Positions 32,174 through 42,725 of a DNA stretch of 64,000 nucleotides are shown here, piece after piece. The notes below the pieces were generated by a model. The model made no database searches. It was not told the origin of the DNA and worked only from the letters and a program-made list of their open reading frames with translations. Each line of letters starts with the position of its first letter. The first letter of the stretch is position 1. Made by a program: the position numbers and the translations under genes. The DNA is from a bacterium (GTDB lineage Bacteria > Cyanobacteriota > Vampirovibrionia > LMEP-6097), in assembly GCA_038146805.1 (NCBI GenBank), contig JAYQSH010000002.1, forward strand, positions 26,373-90,372. The letters run 5' to 3'.

Positions 32174-34707
32174 AAAACTTTGATTTAAAAAAAAATATCT
32201 TTGAGGATGTTTCTGAATTTAAAAAAAATCATATCGAAAGTGTTATAGAGTTATTGCTTTATGGCTCACAAGCAGAATTACTTTTGCAAAAGAGCTCAAT
32301 GCAAGCGCAAATTTTTGAACTGCAAGAAAAATCTAATATTAATTTCTTAGTCAAAGAAACTAAAAAAATTCAAAATGCTTTAAAACAACTTGCTGAAACT
32401 AATAGCTATGAAGATGAATTAGTCATCAGAAAAGATATGGGTAAGTCATGGCTTAGTTTAGAGTCTCGCAAAGCAGAACTGGAAATAGATTTGTATAATC
32501 AGCTTTTTAAAGAATTAAATGGTTTGTCAAATAAAACCTTGCCTTTTGAAAAGTTTAAATTTAATGATTTAGAATTACAAAAAAAATATATTCAACAAGA
32601 CCAAACTCTTGATCTAAAGCAAAAAAATATTGATTTTAAACAACTGCAAATTGAAAATCATATAGAAAGTGTTATAGAGTTATTGCTTTATGACTCAGAA
32701 GCAGAATTACTTTTGCAAAAGAGCTCAATGCAAGCGCAAATTTTTGAACTGCAAGAAAAATCTAATATTAATCTCATAGTCAAAGAAACTAAAAAAATTC
32801 AAAATGCTTTAAAACAACTTGCTGAAACTAATAGCTATGAAGATGAATTAGCAATCAGAAAAGATATGTGTAAGTCATGGCTTAGTTTAGAGTCTCGCAA
32901 AGCAGAACTGGAAATAGATTTGTATAATCAGCTTTTTAAAGAATTAAATGATTTGTCAAATAAAACCTTGCCTTTTGAAAAGTTTAAATTCAATGATTTA
33001 GAATTACAAAAAAAATATATTCAACAAGACCAAGCTCTTGATCTAAAGCAAAAAAATATTGATTTTAAACAACTGCAAATTGAAAATCATATCGAAAGTG
33101 TTATAGAGTTATTGCTTTATGACTCAGAAACAGAATTACTTTTGCAAAAGAGCTCCATGCAAGCGCAAATTTTTGAACTGCAAGAAAAATCTAATATTAA
33201 TCTCATAGTCAAAGAAACTAAAAAAATTCAAAATGCTTTAAAACAACTTGCTGAAACTAATAGCTATGAAGATGAATTAGCCATCAGAAAAGATATGGGT
33301 AAGTCATGGCTTAGTTTAGAGTCTCGCAAAGCAGAACTGGAAATAGATTTGTATAATCAGCTTTTTAAAGAATTAAATAATTTGTCAAATAAAACCTTAC
33401 CTTTTGAAAAGTTTAAATTCAATGATTTAGAATTACAAAAAAAATATATTCAACAAGACCAAGCTCTTGATCTAAAGCAAAAAAATATTGATTTTAAACA
33501 ACTGCAAATTGAAAATCATATCGAAAGTGTTATAGAGTTATTGCTTTATGGATCGCAAGCAGAATTACTTTTGCAAAAGAGCTCAATGCAAGCGCAAATT
33601 TTTAAACTGCAAGAAAAATCTAATATTAATCTCATAGTCAAAGAAACTAAAAAAATTCATAATGCTTTAAAACAACTTGCTGAAACTAATAGCTATGAAG
33701 ATGAATTAGTCATTAGAAAAGATATGGGTAAGTCATGGCTTAGTTTAGAGTCTCGCAAAGCAGAACTGGAAATAGATTTGTATAATCAGCTTTTTAAAGA
33801 ATTAAATGATTTGTCAAATAAAACCTTACCTTTTGAAAAGTTTAAATTCAACGATTTAGAATTACACAAAAAATATATTCAACAAGACCAAGCTATTGAT
33901 TTAAAGCAAAAAAATATTGATTTTAAAAAACTGCAAATTGAAAATCAACAAGGGCTTGAAAGATACATCCAAAAACAATTTGAAGAAGGTTTTTATCTTG
34001 AAGAAAATTATCATCAGGATAATTTGTTGGAGCAAGAACAAACTAATTTACTATTTGATAAAAATCATATAGAAAGTGTTATAGAGTTATTGCTTTATGG
34101 CTCACAAGCAGAATTACACAAAAAATATATTCAACAAGACCAAGCTATTGATTTAAAGCAAAAAAATATTGATTTTAAAAAACTGCAAATTGAAAATCAA
34201 CAAGGGTTTGAAAGATACATCCAAAAACAATTTGAAGAAGATTTTGATCTTGAAGAAAATTATCATCAGGATAATTTGTTAGAGCAAGAACAAACTAAAG
34301 TGCAAGATAGTAATTATCAATCTTGCTTAGAATTAAAGCTCCAACAGCGTAAGAAACAAAGACAAAAAACACAAAATGAATATATAGAAAACAAAAAGTT
34401 AAAAAATAAACAAATTCTTGAACAAATACAAAAAGAAGATGCCGCAAAGTTACAAAGCATTGAAGAAGAATATAAGTCTCTTTTAGAGCTAAAAAAGTTA
34501 GAAGATTTAATGAAAAAAAATAACGAAGACTATATTCGTGCGACTCGCCGTTATAGAGAAATGCTTGAACAAACCACAGAAAAAAATGATTTATTTTATC
34601 GGCAAGTTAAAGAACAGCAAAAAAGAGAAGAGCTAGAGCATGATTTAGAGCAAAAAGAAAATTTAAAACATGAGCAAAAGAATTTTATAAATTACAATAT
34701 AATGTAA
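32170..34707 (+). CDS. Coiled-coil protein with four 143-aa tandem repeats
   Basis: NHIESVIELLLY...DFKQLQIE units recur every 429 bp. Confidence 0.8.
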   Translation: MKNFDLKKNIFEDVSEFKKNHIESVIELLLYGSQAELLLQKSSMQAQIFELQEKSNINFLVKETKKIQNALKQLAETNSYEDELVIRKDMGKSWLSLESRKAELEIDLYNQLFKELNGLSNKTLPFEKFKFNDLELQKKYIQQDQTLDLKQKNIDFKQLQIENHIESVIELLLYDSEAELLLQKSSMQAQIFELQEKSNINLIVKETKKIQNALKQLAETNSYEDELAIRKDMCKSWLSLESRKAELEIDLYNQLFKELNDLSNKTLPFEKFKFNDLELQKKYIQQDQALDLKQKNIDFKQLQIENHIESVIELLLYDSETELLLQKSSMQAQIFELQEKSNINLIVKETKKIQNALKQLAETNSYEDELAIRKDMGKSWLSLESRKAELEIDLYNQLFKELNNLSNKTLPFEKFKFNDLELQKKYIQQDQALDLKQKNIDFKQLQIENHIESVIELLLYGSQAELLLQKSSMQAQIFKLQEKSNINLIVKETKKIHNALKQLAETNSYEDELVIRKDMGKSWLSLESRKAELEIDLYNQLFKELNDLSNKTLPFEKFKFNDLELHKKYIQQDQAIDLKQKNIDFKKLQIENQQGLERYIQKQFEEGFYLEENYHQDNLLEQEQTNLLFDKNHIESVIELLLYGSQAELHKKYIQQDQAIDLKQKNIDFKKLQIENQQGFERYIQKQFEEDFDLEENYHQDNLLEQEQTKVQDSNYQSCLELKLQQRKKQRQKTQNEYIENKKLKNKQILEQIQKEDAAKLQSIEEEYKSLLELKKLEDLMKKNNEDYIRATRRYREMLEQTTEKNDLFYRQVKEQQKREELEHDLEQKENLKHEQKNFINYNIM
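32227..33942 (+). repeat. Four intragenic 429-bp tandem repeats
   Basis: Unit starts at 32227, 32656, 33085 and 33514; further partial duplication at 33859 and 34111. Confidence 0.92.
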
Positions 34708-34710
34708 GTC

Positions 34711-35268
34711 ATGAGATTTTTTGTTTTCTTTTCATTGTTTCTGAGCTTGTTTGCCTGTGCCAAAAAAGATACTTGTTTGAATCCTGCAGTTAAGCAAAAT
34801 CAGTCTGGCTTTACTTTAGCTACTTCTATCACTTATTCTATGCCGGGCGGCTGGCTAAAGGCATTGGACAAGGGGCAAATGAGTTTTGAGGAGCGTATAA
34901 TTGACCCGATAAGTCAAGCTCGCATCAAGGTTTTTTACTTTGAAGGAATGCGTGATATGGTCAGCGAAAATATACAAAGATGGAAAAAGCAATTTCAAAG
35001 TGATAGCATGAATATTCTTTCTGAAAAGCTTATAGAAAAAAACGGTTTGCAAATAAATGAACTCATTATTTCAGGTACTTTTATTGATAAATTAGAACCA
35101 ATGAACCCTAACTCTGATGCTATTTTGCGACCTAACCATATGTTAAGAGCATATATTGTAGAAACACAAACAGGGACTTGGTTTTTTAAAGCGCTTGCCT
35201 CTGAAAATGTAATGCAATTGCAAGAAAATAATTTTAAAAATTTTGTTAATGGCTTAAAAGCTAATTGA
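34711..35268 (+). CDS. Putative lipoprotein
   Basis: MRFFVFFSLFLSLFA-C lipobox. Confidence 0.75.
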   Translation: MRFFVFFSLFLSLFACAKKDTCLNPAVKQNQSGFTLATSITYSMPGGWLKALDKGQMSFEERIIDPISQARIKVFYFEGMRDMVSENIQRWKKQFQSDSMNILSEKLIEKNGLQINELIISGTFIDKLEPMNPNSDAILRPNHMLRAYIVETQTGTWFFKALASENVMQLQENNFKNFVNGLKAN

Positions 35269-35269
35269 G

Positions 35270-35306
35270 ATAAGAGCAAAAACTGTGGTCTGCGTGCCTG
35301 GCACAA
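35270..35306 (+). repeat. 37-bp dispersed repeat with a GTGCC-T-GGCAC palindrome (copy 2)
   Basis: ATAAGAGCAAAAACTGTGGTCTGCGTGCCTGGCACAA. Confidence 0.8.
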
Positions 35307-35347
35307 AGAACACACACGTATTTTTGTAAGGTGCTAGAATACTTACT

Positions 35348-36685
35348 ATGATTATAGCTTTATTGTTTTTGTCTTTAGTGAATATTATTTTATTGGTTTT
35401 TTTACTGAAAAACCAAAATCAAAGCAAAGCTCACTTTGAGCTAGTTGCAAAACTTAATGAGCAAAATACTCAACTTATTGCTTTAAATTCTACTTTTGAA
35501 AACTCACAAAAAAACCAACGTGAAGATGCTGTTCTAATCAAGGATTCCATCACTAAATCAGCTCAGGATTCGCGTAGTGAATTAAAAGATTCGATAAAAG
35601 ATTTTAAAGAAGAACTTGCAAAAACTCTCAAAGAAAGTTCTGAAGCACTTACCAATCATGTGCGCGACTTAACAAAAGCACAAAAAGAACAGTTGGCAAG
35701 TTTTGCTGAAGCATTGAAAGGTTTTGGTGACAACAACTACAAGCAACTTAAAAATTTACAAGAAAGCAATGAAAAGAAACTAGAAGAAATGCGCTTAACC
35801 GTCGATGAAAAACTGCAATCAACTTTAGAAAAAAGATTAGACTCGTCTTTCAAACAAGTGTCAGAAAGACTTGAAAAAGTTCATGCCGGTCTTGGTGAAA
35901 TGCAAAACTTAGCAACAGGTGTTGGTGACTTGAAAAAAGTTCTAACCAATGTAAAAACTCGTGGAACTTGGGGTGAGGTTCAGTTAGCCAATTTATTAGA
36001 AGACATTATGTCGCCTGAACAGTATCAAGCAAATGTTGGCATCAAAGCAAAGTCACAAGAAAGAGTAGATTTTGCTATTAAACTACCCGGTAGTTCAGAT
36101 ACTGCCGAAGTTGTCTGGTTGCCTATTGATTCAAAGTTTCCACAAGAAGATTACCAAAAACTTGTTGATGCTAACGAAATCTCAGATCCTGTCGCCGCAG
36201 AACTTGCAAGTAAACAATTAGAAAACAGAATCAAACTAGAAGCGAAATCAATATCTGAAAAATATATCGACCCACCACAAACAACAGATTTTGCTCTTTT
36301 GTTTTTACCAACAGAAGGTTTATATGCTGAAGTTTTAAGAATGCCGGGTTTGGTTGATTTTGTTCAACGCAAACATCGAGTTAATCTTGTTGGTCCAACT
36401 ACTCTTGCCGCTTTGTTAAATTCATTACAGTTAGGTTTTAAAACTTTAACGATCCAAAAAAGAACAAGTGAAGTTTGGCATTTACTTTCTGATATCAAAA
36501 AACATTTTGGTAGCTTTGGCGATCTTCTAGAAAAAGCACATGATAAAGTTGGTCAGGCTACAAAAGTTATTGAAGATGCCGGAAAGCGTTCGCGTACTAT
36601 TGAAGCAAAACTAAGAAAGGTTGAATCAATACAAGGTCCAACATCGACTAATATTCAAGCTATAGCATCTAGTAATTTGAATTAA
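35348..36685 (+). CDS. rmuC: DNA recombination protein RmuC
   Basis: N-terminal TM and coiled coil, KTRGTWGEVQL, WLPIDSKFP, TTDFALLFLPTEGLYAE, GPTTLAALLNSL. Confidence 0.95.
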   Translation: MIIALLFLSLVNIILLVFLLKNQNQSKAHFELVAKLNEQNTQLIALNSTFENSQKNQREDAVLIKDSITKSAQDSRSELKDSIKDFKEELAKTLKESSEALTNHVRDLTKAQKEQLASFAEALKGFGDNNYKQLKNLQESNEKKLEEMRLTVDEKLQSTLEKRLDSSFKQVSERLEKVHAGLGEMQNLATGVGDLKKVLTNVKTRGTWGEVQLANLLEDIMSPEQYQANVGIKAKSQERVDFAIKLPGSSDTAEVVWLPIDSKFPQEDYQKLVDANEISDPVAAELASKQLENRIKLEAKSISEKYIDPPQTTDFALLFLPTEGLYAEVLRMPGLVDFVQRKHRVNLVGPTTLAALLNSLQLGFKTLTIQKRTSEVWHLLSDIKKHFGSFGDLLEKAHDKVGQATKVIEDAGKRSRTIEAKLRKVESIQGPTSTNIQAIASSNLN

Positions 36686-37636
36686 GCAACAAATCTCTTT
36701 TAAAAGCCCTCTCCAATTGGTCTTCGCCACGTTTGACTTTTCTTTCGATTTCAAGGATTTTAGTAAGACATGAATTTAAATCTGCAATACTTACACGCGC
36801 TAATTCTTTTTGTTGATAATAAAGTCTTCCGGGTGTGATACCCAAAAAACTTGCAAGCTCGTTTTTATTGCGATATTGTTTTTCTGCTAATTTTAGTTTC
36901 AAAGAGTTTGAGATGCTCGTTTCAACTATGGCAAGTATTCCTATGTTTAATTCACGTGCTTTGACAATCTTTTCAAATTCTTGCAAAGCTTGATTTTTTT
37001 GTTTTTGACTAATGTATTTTATTAATTTGAAAATGTCATGTTTGCTATCAAGCTCAGTGCTCAAATATTCTTTATCAAGTTCTTTGCCGCTAATGACAAG
37101 TCTTTCAAGTTCACTATAAAGCTTGGCGCTATCTTCAACACCGACTTGTTCAGCTATAAATTCTGCTATCTCTAAATTGAGTTTTTTGCCGTCTGCAAGC
37201 TCAGCATAAATCTGTACTAGCCATTGACTGGCTTCTTTGAGATCCCATGATTTAAAATCTTCAAATTTTATTTCTTGTACAATTGCCTTAAAATCTTTTT
37301 TGATTTTTTTTACAAGTTTTAATGCACCATTGATTTTTTCGTTATTAAAAATCACGATATTATTTTCTGGTTTGTTTTTTAGTGAGTTGCAAATTCTTTC
37401 AACTTCTTTATCATCAGATTTATTTTCCAAAGGCTTAAAATCGTGCACTAAAATGATTTTTGCCCCCCACCAAATGCGGGTGTTTGAATATTGGCACAAA
37501 AACTATTTAAATCTGGATTAGTTAATTCTTGAAAATTAAAGCCATTAAGTTCCTGCTCAGCAAAAGTATCTTTGCAGATCTTTTTAAATTTGAGCTGTCT
37601 TCTAAATTTATCTTTGCCTGCAAGCAAATAAAGCAT
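36669..37636 (-). CDS. holA: DNA polymerase III delta subunit, split by a frameshift in a G6 run
   Basis: MLYLLAGKDKF...QTPAFGGG continues in another frame as AKIILVHDF...LYSELERL...KHDIFKL. One extra G at 37463-37468 joins them. Confidence 0.85.
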
Positions 37637-37653
37637 GTAAATATTTTAGCTTT

Positions 37654-38067
37654 TTATTTTGCTCGTGCTAATAAATTTTCTATAGTTCTTGGAATTCTTG
37701 AAAATGAAGCAGACTGCCTAGAAGCTTTTTGGGGCTGTTTAGTTTCACATTGAACTTGTGTATGGCTAATTGTTACATGTGCCGCCGCTACATCTCTATG
37801 CGCCCTTGGCTCTGGTCCGTATTCCTTTAATAAAGTAGGTGTTTTGAATTGTTCTTGTGGATTTATGAAGTTATTTCTAGCTTCATAATCTTTTCTTTGA
37901 GGTCTTTTAGTTGGGCTTCTGTGTAAAGCGCTTATTTTGCCTTGTTTGGCTAGAAAATCTGCGGCGGCGCTTCTGTTTACTGCTACTGCAGCAGGTTTTT
38001 CTTGTCTTTGTATGTTTGTAGAAACTTTTGCTAGTACTAGGTCTCTAATTGATTCGATTTTTGCCAA
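37654..38067 (-). CDS. Hypothetical protein
   Basis: 137 aa, TTG start with GGAGG SD. Confidence 0.6.
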   Translation of the reverse strand: MAKIESIRDLVLAKVSTNIQRQEKPAAVAVNRSAAADFLAKQGKISALHRSPTKRPQRKDYEARNNFINPQEQFKTPTLLKEYGPEPRAHRDVAAAHVTISHTQVQCETKQPQKASRQSASFSRIPRTIENLLARAK

Positions 38068-38386
38068 AATTTAAGTCCTCCGTGTTCTTTTTATTAAATA
38101 ACTTAGAGTTTAAGTTTTGATTAAGGACCTAATTAAAAGCTTTTAAGACTTCAATTAAATTAACAAGCACAAGGGCAAGCCCTAGTGCCGCGCTGAATTT
38201 AATTAGAATTTTTAGCCTTAACTATTTTCTTTGATTTTGTATTGCAAATTTAAGCTTTTCTTCCATATATAGCCTTAATAACTATGTGCTTGCTCTGTTA
38301 AGATTATGCTTCGCGTCTTGATAGGGACTTTCCTATTGGATGCAATTTAAGCGCATGCGCTGAAAACCCAAAAAAAGAAGGAAACA

Positions 38387-39232
38387 ATGGCCCTAAAAAA
38401 ATTAAAACCACGTACACCTGGTAGCAGAGGAACTATACTTCTAGATAGATCAGATATTACTAGTTCTAAATCTGAAAAAAGACTTACCAAAAAATTAAAC
38501 AAAAACACTGGTCGTAATAATTCTGGAAAAATTACTACTCGTCACAAAGGTGGTGGCAATAAGAAAAAATACAGAGTGATCGATTGGAAAAGAAATAAGT
38601 TTGGTATTAAAGCGACTGTTAAGTCAATTGAATACGATCCAAACAGAAACGTTCATATCGCTTTGCTTGTATATGAAGATGGAGAAAAAAGATATATTTT
38701 AAGACCAAACAACTTACAAATTGGTGCAACTCTTGAATCTGGTCCAGATGCAGAAGTTAGAACTGGAAACTCAATGGCACTCAAAGATATGCCACTTGGT
38801 TCTGTAATTCATTGTATTGAGCTTACTCCGGGTAAGGGTGCTCAAATGGTTAGAGCGGCTGGTAATTCAGCTCAGTTAGTTGCAAGAGATGCTGGATTTG
38901 CAACTTTAAGAATGCCTTCAAGCGAGATGAGAAAAGTTAAAGAAGATTGCATGGCTACTTTTGGTGAGCTTTGTAATTCAGATTGGAAAAACGTTGTTTG
39001 GGGTAAAGCAGGACGCAAACGTCACCAAGGTATCAAGCCTACAGTTCGTGGTTCTGTGATGAACCCTGTAGATCACCCTCATGGTGGTGGTGAAGGTAAA
39101 TGTCCAATTGGTGGAGTTCCTAAATCTTACACTGGTAAGAGATTAGGACGTAAAACTCGTAATCCACGTTTGGCATCTTCTAAGCTAATCATTACTAACC
39201 GTAGAGGTAAAAAGGTTGCGGCAACTTCATAA
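38387..39232 (+). CDS. rplB: 50S ribosomal protein L2
   Basis: GRNNSGKIT.RHKGGG, EYDPNR, VRGSVMNPVDHPHGGGEG. Confidence 0.98.
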   Translation: MALKKLKPRTPGSRGTILLDRSDITSSKSEKRLTKKLNKNTGRNNSGKITTRHKGGGNKKKYRVIDWKRNKFGIKATVKSIEYDPNRNVHIALLVYEDGEKRYILRPNNLQIGATLESGPDAEVRTGNSMALKDMPLGSVIHCIELTPGKGAQMVRAAGNSAQLVARDAGFATLRMPSSEMRKVKEDCMATFGELCNSDWKNVVWGKAGRKRHQGIKPTVRGSVMNPVDHPHGGGEGKCPIGGVPKSYTGKRLGRKTRNPRLASSKLIITNRRGKKVAATS

Positions 39233-39251
39233 GGATTTAAGGAAATAAAAA

Positions 39252-39527
39252 ATGGCAAGATCACAAAAAAAAGGACCATACGTACACGAATCACTTTGGA
39301 AAAAAGTGCAAGAAGCTCAAAGTGCTGGTAAAAAAATGGTTATCAAAACTTACAAAAGAGCGTCAATGATTTTACCTGATATGGTAGGTCTAACAATTGC
39401 TGTACACAACGGTCGTAAATTTATCCCTGTTTATTGTACTGAGTCTATGGTTGGACATAGATTAGGTGAATTTGCAATAACCAGAACATTCAAAGGACAC
39501 GCTGGATCTAAAAAGGCTGGAAAATAA
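39252..39527 (+). CDS. rpsS: 30S ribosomal protein S19
   Basis: [26 protein letters not shown]. Confidence 0.98.
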   Translation: MARSQKKGPYVHESLWKKVQEAQSAGKKMVIKTYKRASMILPDMVGLTIAVHNGRKFIPVYCTESMVGHRLGEFAITRTFKGHAGSKKAGK

Positions 39528-39545
39528 TTTTAATAGGAAATAAAA

Positions 39546-40193
39546 ATGGCTACTAAAGAATCAACTAATACAAAAATTGCAAAAGCTTCATTAGCTTTTA
39601 CAAGACAGTCAGCAAGAAAGGTTAGAAGAACTGCTAACTTGCTTAGAAAGCTTACTGCTGGTGAAGCTGTAACTCAATTAGAGTTTATGCCTTACGAAGC
39701 GGCTCAATGCCTAAAAAAACTAATTGGCAGTGCAATGGCAAATGCTAATCATAATTTAGAAATAGAAAATCCTGCGGATTTGAAAATTTCTCAGTTGTTG
39801 GTTGATGAAGGTGTTACTTACAAAAGATGGAGAGCTATGAGTAAAGGTAGAGCTTATAGCATTATGAAACGAACTTCAAAAGCTTCAGTTGTTTTAAGTG
39901 AAATGGATGCTGCTGAATACGCAAAATATGTTTGGGATCATTCACCAAGAAACAAAAAAAGAATTATTGAGGAAACTGTTACTGAAACAAAAAAATCTAA
40001 AGCTGAACCAAAAGCTCAAAAAGTAGAGGAAAAAGCAGAAACAGCTTCTCAAGAAGAGCCTAAGGCTAAAAAATCAAAAGCAAAGCCTAAAGCAAAAAAA
40101 GAAGATAAAGAGCCAAAGGCTGCAAAAACTTCTACAAAAAAGAAAAAAACTTCTAAAAAAGAAGAGACTAACAATCAGGAGGCAGATAGTTAA
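39546..40193 (+). CDS. rplV: 50S ribosomal protein L22 with long Lys/Glu-rich C-terminal extension
   Basis: RQSARKVRR, SAMANA, VDEG...RAMSKGRAYSIMKRTS. Confidence 0.95.
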   Translation: MATKESTNTKIAKASLAFTRQSARKVRRTANLLRKLTAGEAVTQLEFMPYEAAQCLKKLIGSAMANANHNLEIENPADLKISQLLVDEGVTYKRWRAMSKGRAYSIMKRTSKASVVLSEMDAAEYAKYVWDHSPRNKKRIIEETVTETKKSKAEPKAQKVEEKAETASQEEPKAKKSKAKPKAKKEDKEPKAAKTSTKKKKTSKKEETNNQEADS

Positions 40194-40906
40194 TGGGACA
40201 AAAAGTACCACCTAGAGCAAATAGACTTGGAGTTATTGATGACCCAGATTCTACAACTTATGCAAGTTTTAGATCTGGCGAATTTGCCGCTATTTTACAA
40301 GAAGATACAATGATCAGAAATTACTTGAAAAAGAAATTGAAGAACGCAAGCGTATCAAAAATTTTAATTCAAAGAAAGCCTGGACAAGTACAAGTTGGTA
40401 TCGTAACTGCTAGACCGGGTTTGATTATGGGTAAAGCTAATGAAGGTGTTGATGCTTTGAAAAAAGAAATTCAAGCAATGATCTCAACAGCTGATTTGAA
40501 CTTAGTTTTAAATATTTTCGAAGTAAATAAAGTTGATATAGACGCTCAGTTGATTGCTGAATCTATCGCTCAACAATTAGAAAGAAGAATTGCTTTTAGA
40601 AGAGCAATGAAACAATCTATTCAAAGAGCGATGAGAGCTGGAGCTAAAGGTATCAAGATTATGACTTCTGGAAGATTGTCTGGTATTGAGATTGCTCGTA
40701 GTGAAAAAGCACAAGAAGGAAGCGTTCCTTGTCACACTTGGAGAGCTGACATTCACTATGGTTTTGCTGAAGCCTTCACTACTTATGGAAACATCGGTGT
40801 GAAAGTTTGGGTAAACAAAGGTATTTTAGAGCCGGGTGAAAAATCAAGACCTAATATTAAGGCTGCTGCTGGAAGAACTGAGGAGACTGCTGTACTTGCT
40901 GCATAG
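40193..40906 (+). CDS. rpsC: 30S ribosomal protein S3
   Basis: MGQKVPP..RLG, RIAFRRAMK, SGRLSGIEIARSE, GNIGVKVW. Confidence 0.98.
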   Translation: MGQKVPPRANRLGVIDDPDSTTYASFRSGEFAAILQEDTMIRNYLKKKLKNASVSKILIQRKPGQVQVGIVTARPGLIMGKANEGVDALKKEIQAMISTADLNLVLNIFEVNKVDIDAQLIAESIAQQLERRIAFRRAMKQSIQRAMRAGAKGIKIMTSGRLSGIEIARSEKAQEGSVPCHTWRADIHYGFAEAFTTYGNIGVKVWVNKGILEPGEKSRPNIKAAAGRTEETAVLAA

Positions 40907-40928
40907 TAAAGCTTAGAAAGGAAATTTT

Positions 40929-41354
40929 ATGTTACTACCAAAAAGAACAAAATTTAGAAAACAGATGAGAGGCAGAATGAAGGGTAAAGAAACTCGTGGT
41001 GCTTCTGTACATTTTGGTGAGATTGCTTTGCAAGTACTTGAGCCGGGTTGGATTAACTCAAGACAAATTGAAGCCGCTCGTCGTGCTATGACTCGTCATA
41101 TCAAAAGGGGTGGAAGAATTTGGATTCGTGTTTTCCCTGATAAGCCAATTACACAAAAACCTGCTGAGACTCGAATGGGTGCTGGTAAGGGTAATCCTGA
41201 GTATTGGGTTGCTGTTGTTAGACCGGGAAGAATTATTTTTGAAATAGCTGGTGTTAATTTACAAACTGCTTCAAGAGCATTGGAACTTGCTGCAGCTAAG
41301 TTTCCAGTGAAATGTAAAGTTGTAGTCAGAGAAGGGATCGAGACTCCTAACTAA
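40929..41354 (+). CDS. rplP: 50S ribosomal protein L16
   Basis: [32 protein letters not shown]. Confidence 0.98.
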   Translation: MLLPKRTKFRKQMRGRMKGKETRGASVHFGEIALQVLEPGWINSRQIEAARRAMTRHIKRGGRIWIRVFPDKPITQKPAETRMGAGKGNPEYWVAVVRPGRIIFEIAGVNLQTASRALELAAAKFPVKCKVVVREGIETPN

Positions 41355-41376
41355 GTGAGTTAAAGAAGGAAAAGTT

Positions 41377-41577
41377 ATGATACTTAAAACAAGAGAGTTA
41401 CAAGAGAAATCAACAACAGAACTAAATGAAGAATTAGCTAAAGTTCGCAAAGAGCTTTTTGAAGCTAGAATGAAGTTTTATTCACGTAATTTAGAAAACA
41501 GTTCTTTGATGCGTGAACTTAGAAAGTCGATCGCGAGAATCAATACAGTTTTAAAACAAAAGGAGACTCAAGCTTAA
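41377..41577 (+). CDS. rpmC: 50S ribosomal protein L29
   Basis: ELRKSIARINTV and operon position. Confidence 0.95.
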   Translation: MILKTRELQEKSTTELNEELAKVRKELFEARMKFYSRNLENSSLMRELRKSIARINTVLKQKETQA

Positions 41578-41599
41578 TTAGGAGCAAGAGGAAAATTTT

Positions 41600-41845
41600 A
41601 TGCCAAAGAGACAATTAACAGGTAAAGTAAAAAACAATTCAACAGATAAAACAATCTCTGTTGTTGTTGAACGTAAAAAGAATCACCCAATTTACAAAAA
41701 AGTTGTAAATTTCCGTAAAAATTTCGCTGCTCATGATGAAAATAATGAAGCAAATATTGGCGATACAGTTTTGATCGAAGAGTGTGCTCCTAAATCAAAA
41801 ACAAAAACTTGGGTACTGAAAGAGGTTTTAGAAAAAGCGATTTAG
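41600..41845 (+). CDS. rpsQ: 30S ribosomal protein S17
   Basis: HPIYKKV, AHDENN, GDTVLIEECAPKSKTKTW. Confidence 0.97.
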   Translation: MPKRQLTGKVKNNSTDKTISVVVERKKNHPIYKKVVNFRKNFAAHDENNEANIGDTVLIEECAPKSKTKTWVLKEVLEKAI

Positions 41846-41879
41846 TTTAGAAAATTTTGCTTAGGTTAAAGGAAAAAAT

Positions 41880-42245
41880 ATGTTAGGTCAAGAGTCAGAA
41901 TTAGAAGTAGCAGATAACACAGGTGCAAAACGAGTAAGAGTAATAAGAGTTCTTAAAGCAAACTCAAATAAAGCTTTTCTTGGAGATATTATTGTTGCAA
42001 CTGTTAAAGATGCAAACCCTAATATGCCAGTGAAAAAATCAGATGTGGTTAAAGCAGTGGTTGTTAGAACTCGTAAACGTAAAAAACGTGCAGACGGTAG
42101 TTGGATTAGTTTTGATCAAAATGCTTGTGTGATTGTTGATAAAGATGGTAACCCAAGAGGTTCTCGTGTTTTTGGTCCAATCGCTCGTGAACTGAGAGAA
42201 AAAGGATACATGAAAATTGTTTCTTTAGCTCAGGAGGTTGTTTAA
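41880..42245 (+). CDS. rplN: 50S ribosomal protein L14
   Basis: [33 protein letters not shown]. Confidence 0.98.
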   Translation: MLGQESELEVADNTGAKRVRVIRVLKANSNKAFLGDIIVATVKDANPNMPVKKSDVVKAVVVRTRKRKKRADGSWISFDQNACVIVDKDGNPRGSRVFGPIARELREKGYMKIVSLAQEVV

Positions 42246-42266
42246 TTAAGGTTTAGGTAAAGAAAA

Positions 42267-42707
42267 ATGCAAAAAGCAAAGAAAAGAAAAATTAGATACA
42301 CTAAAGCGGCAAAACCTAGTTGCGATAAAAAATATAATCGTAGTTTAGCTTCTCAAGCTTTAATCAAAAAAGGTAGTCGTAACCTTAAAGTTAAACTTCA
42401 CGTTAATAAGGGTGATGAAATTATTGTTATTAGTGGTGATGATAAAGGTAAGATTTCTAAAATTTTAGAAGTTTTCCCTAAGAAAGGTAAAGTTTTAGTT
42501 GAAGGTGTAAACCTTATCAAAAAACATAGTCGTGCTCAAGGTCCTGGACAAGAAGGTGAGATTATCGAAAGAGAAGCTCCAATCTTTGCTTCAAAAGTGA
42601 TGCTTTGGGATGATGAAAACAAAAAAGCTTCTAGAGTTGCTCACAAAAATTTAGAGTCTGGAAAAAAAGTTAGAGTTTATAACACTTCTGGAGAGCAGAT
42701 AGATTAA
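42267..42707 (+). CDS. rplX: 50S ribosomal protein L24 with basic N-terminal extension
   Basis: KGDEIIVISGDDKGK, VEGVNL, EAPIFASKV. Confidence 0.96.
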   Translation: MQKAKKRKIRYTKAAKPSCDKKYNRSLASQALIKKGSRNLKVKLHVNKGDEIIVISGDDKGKISKILEVFPKKGKVLVEGVNLIKKHSRAQGPGQEGEIIEREAPIFASKVMLWDDENKKASRVAHKNLESGKKVRVYNTSGEQID

Positions 42708-42725
42708 TTTTAAGGGATAAAAATC

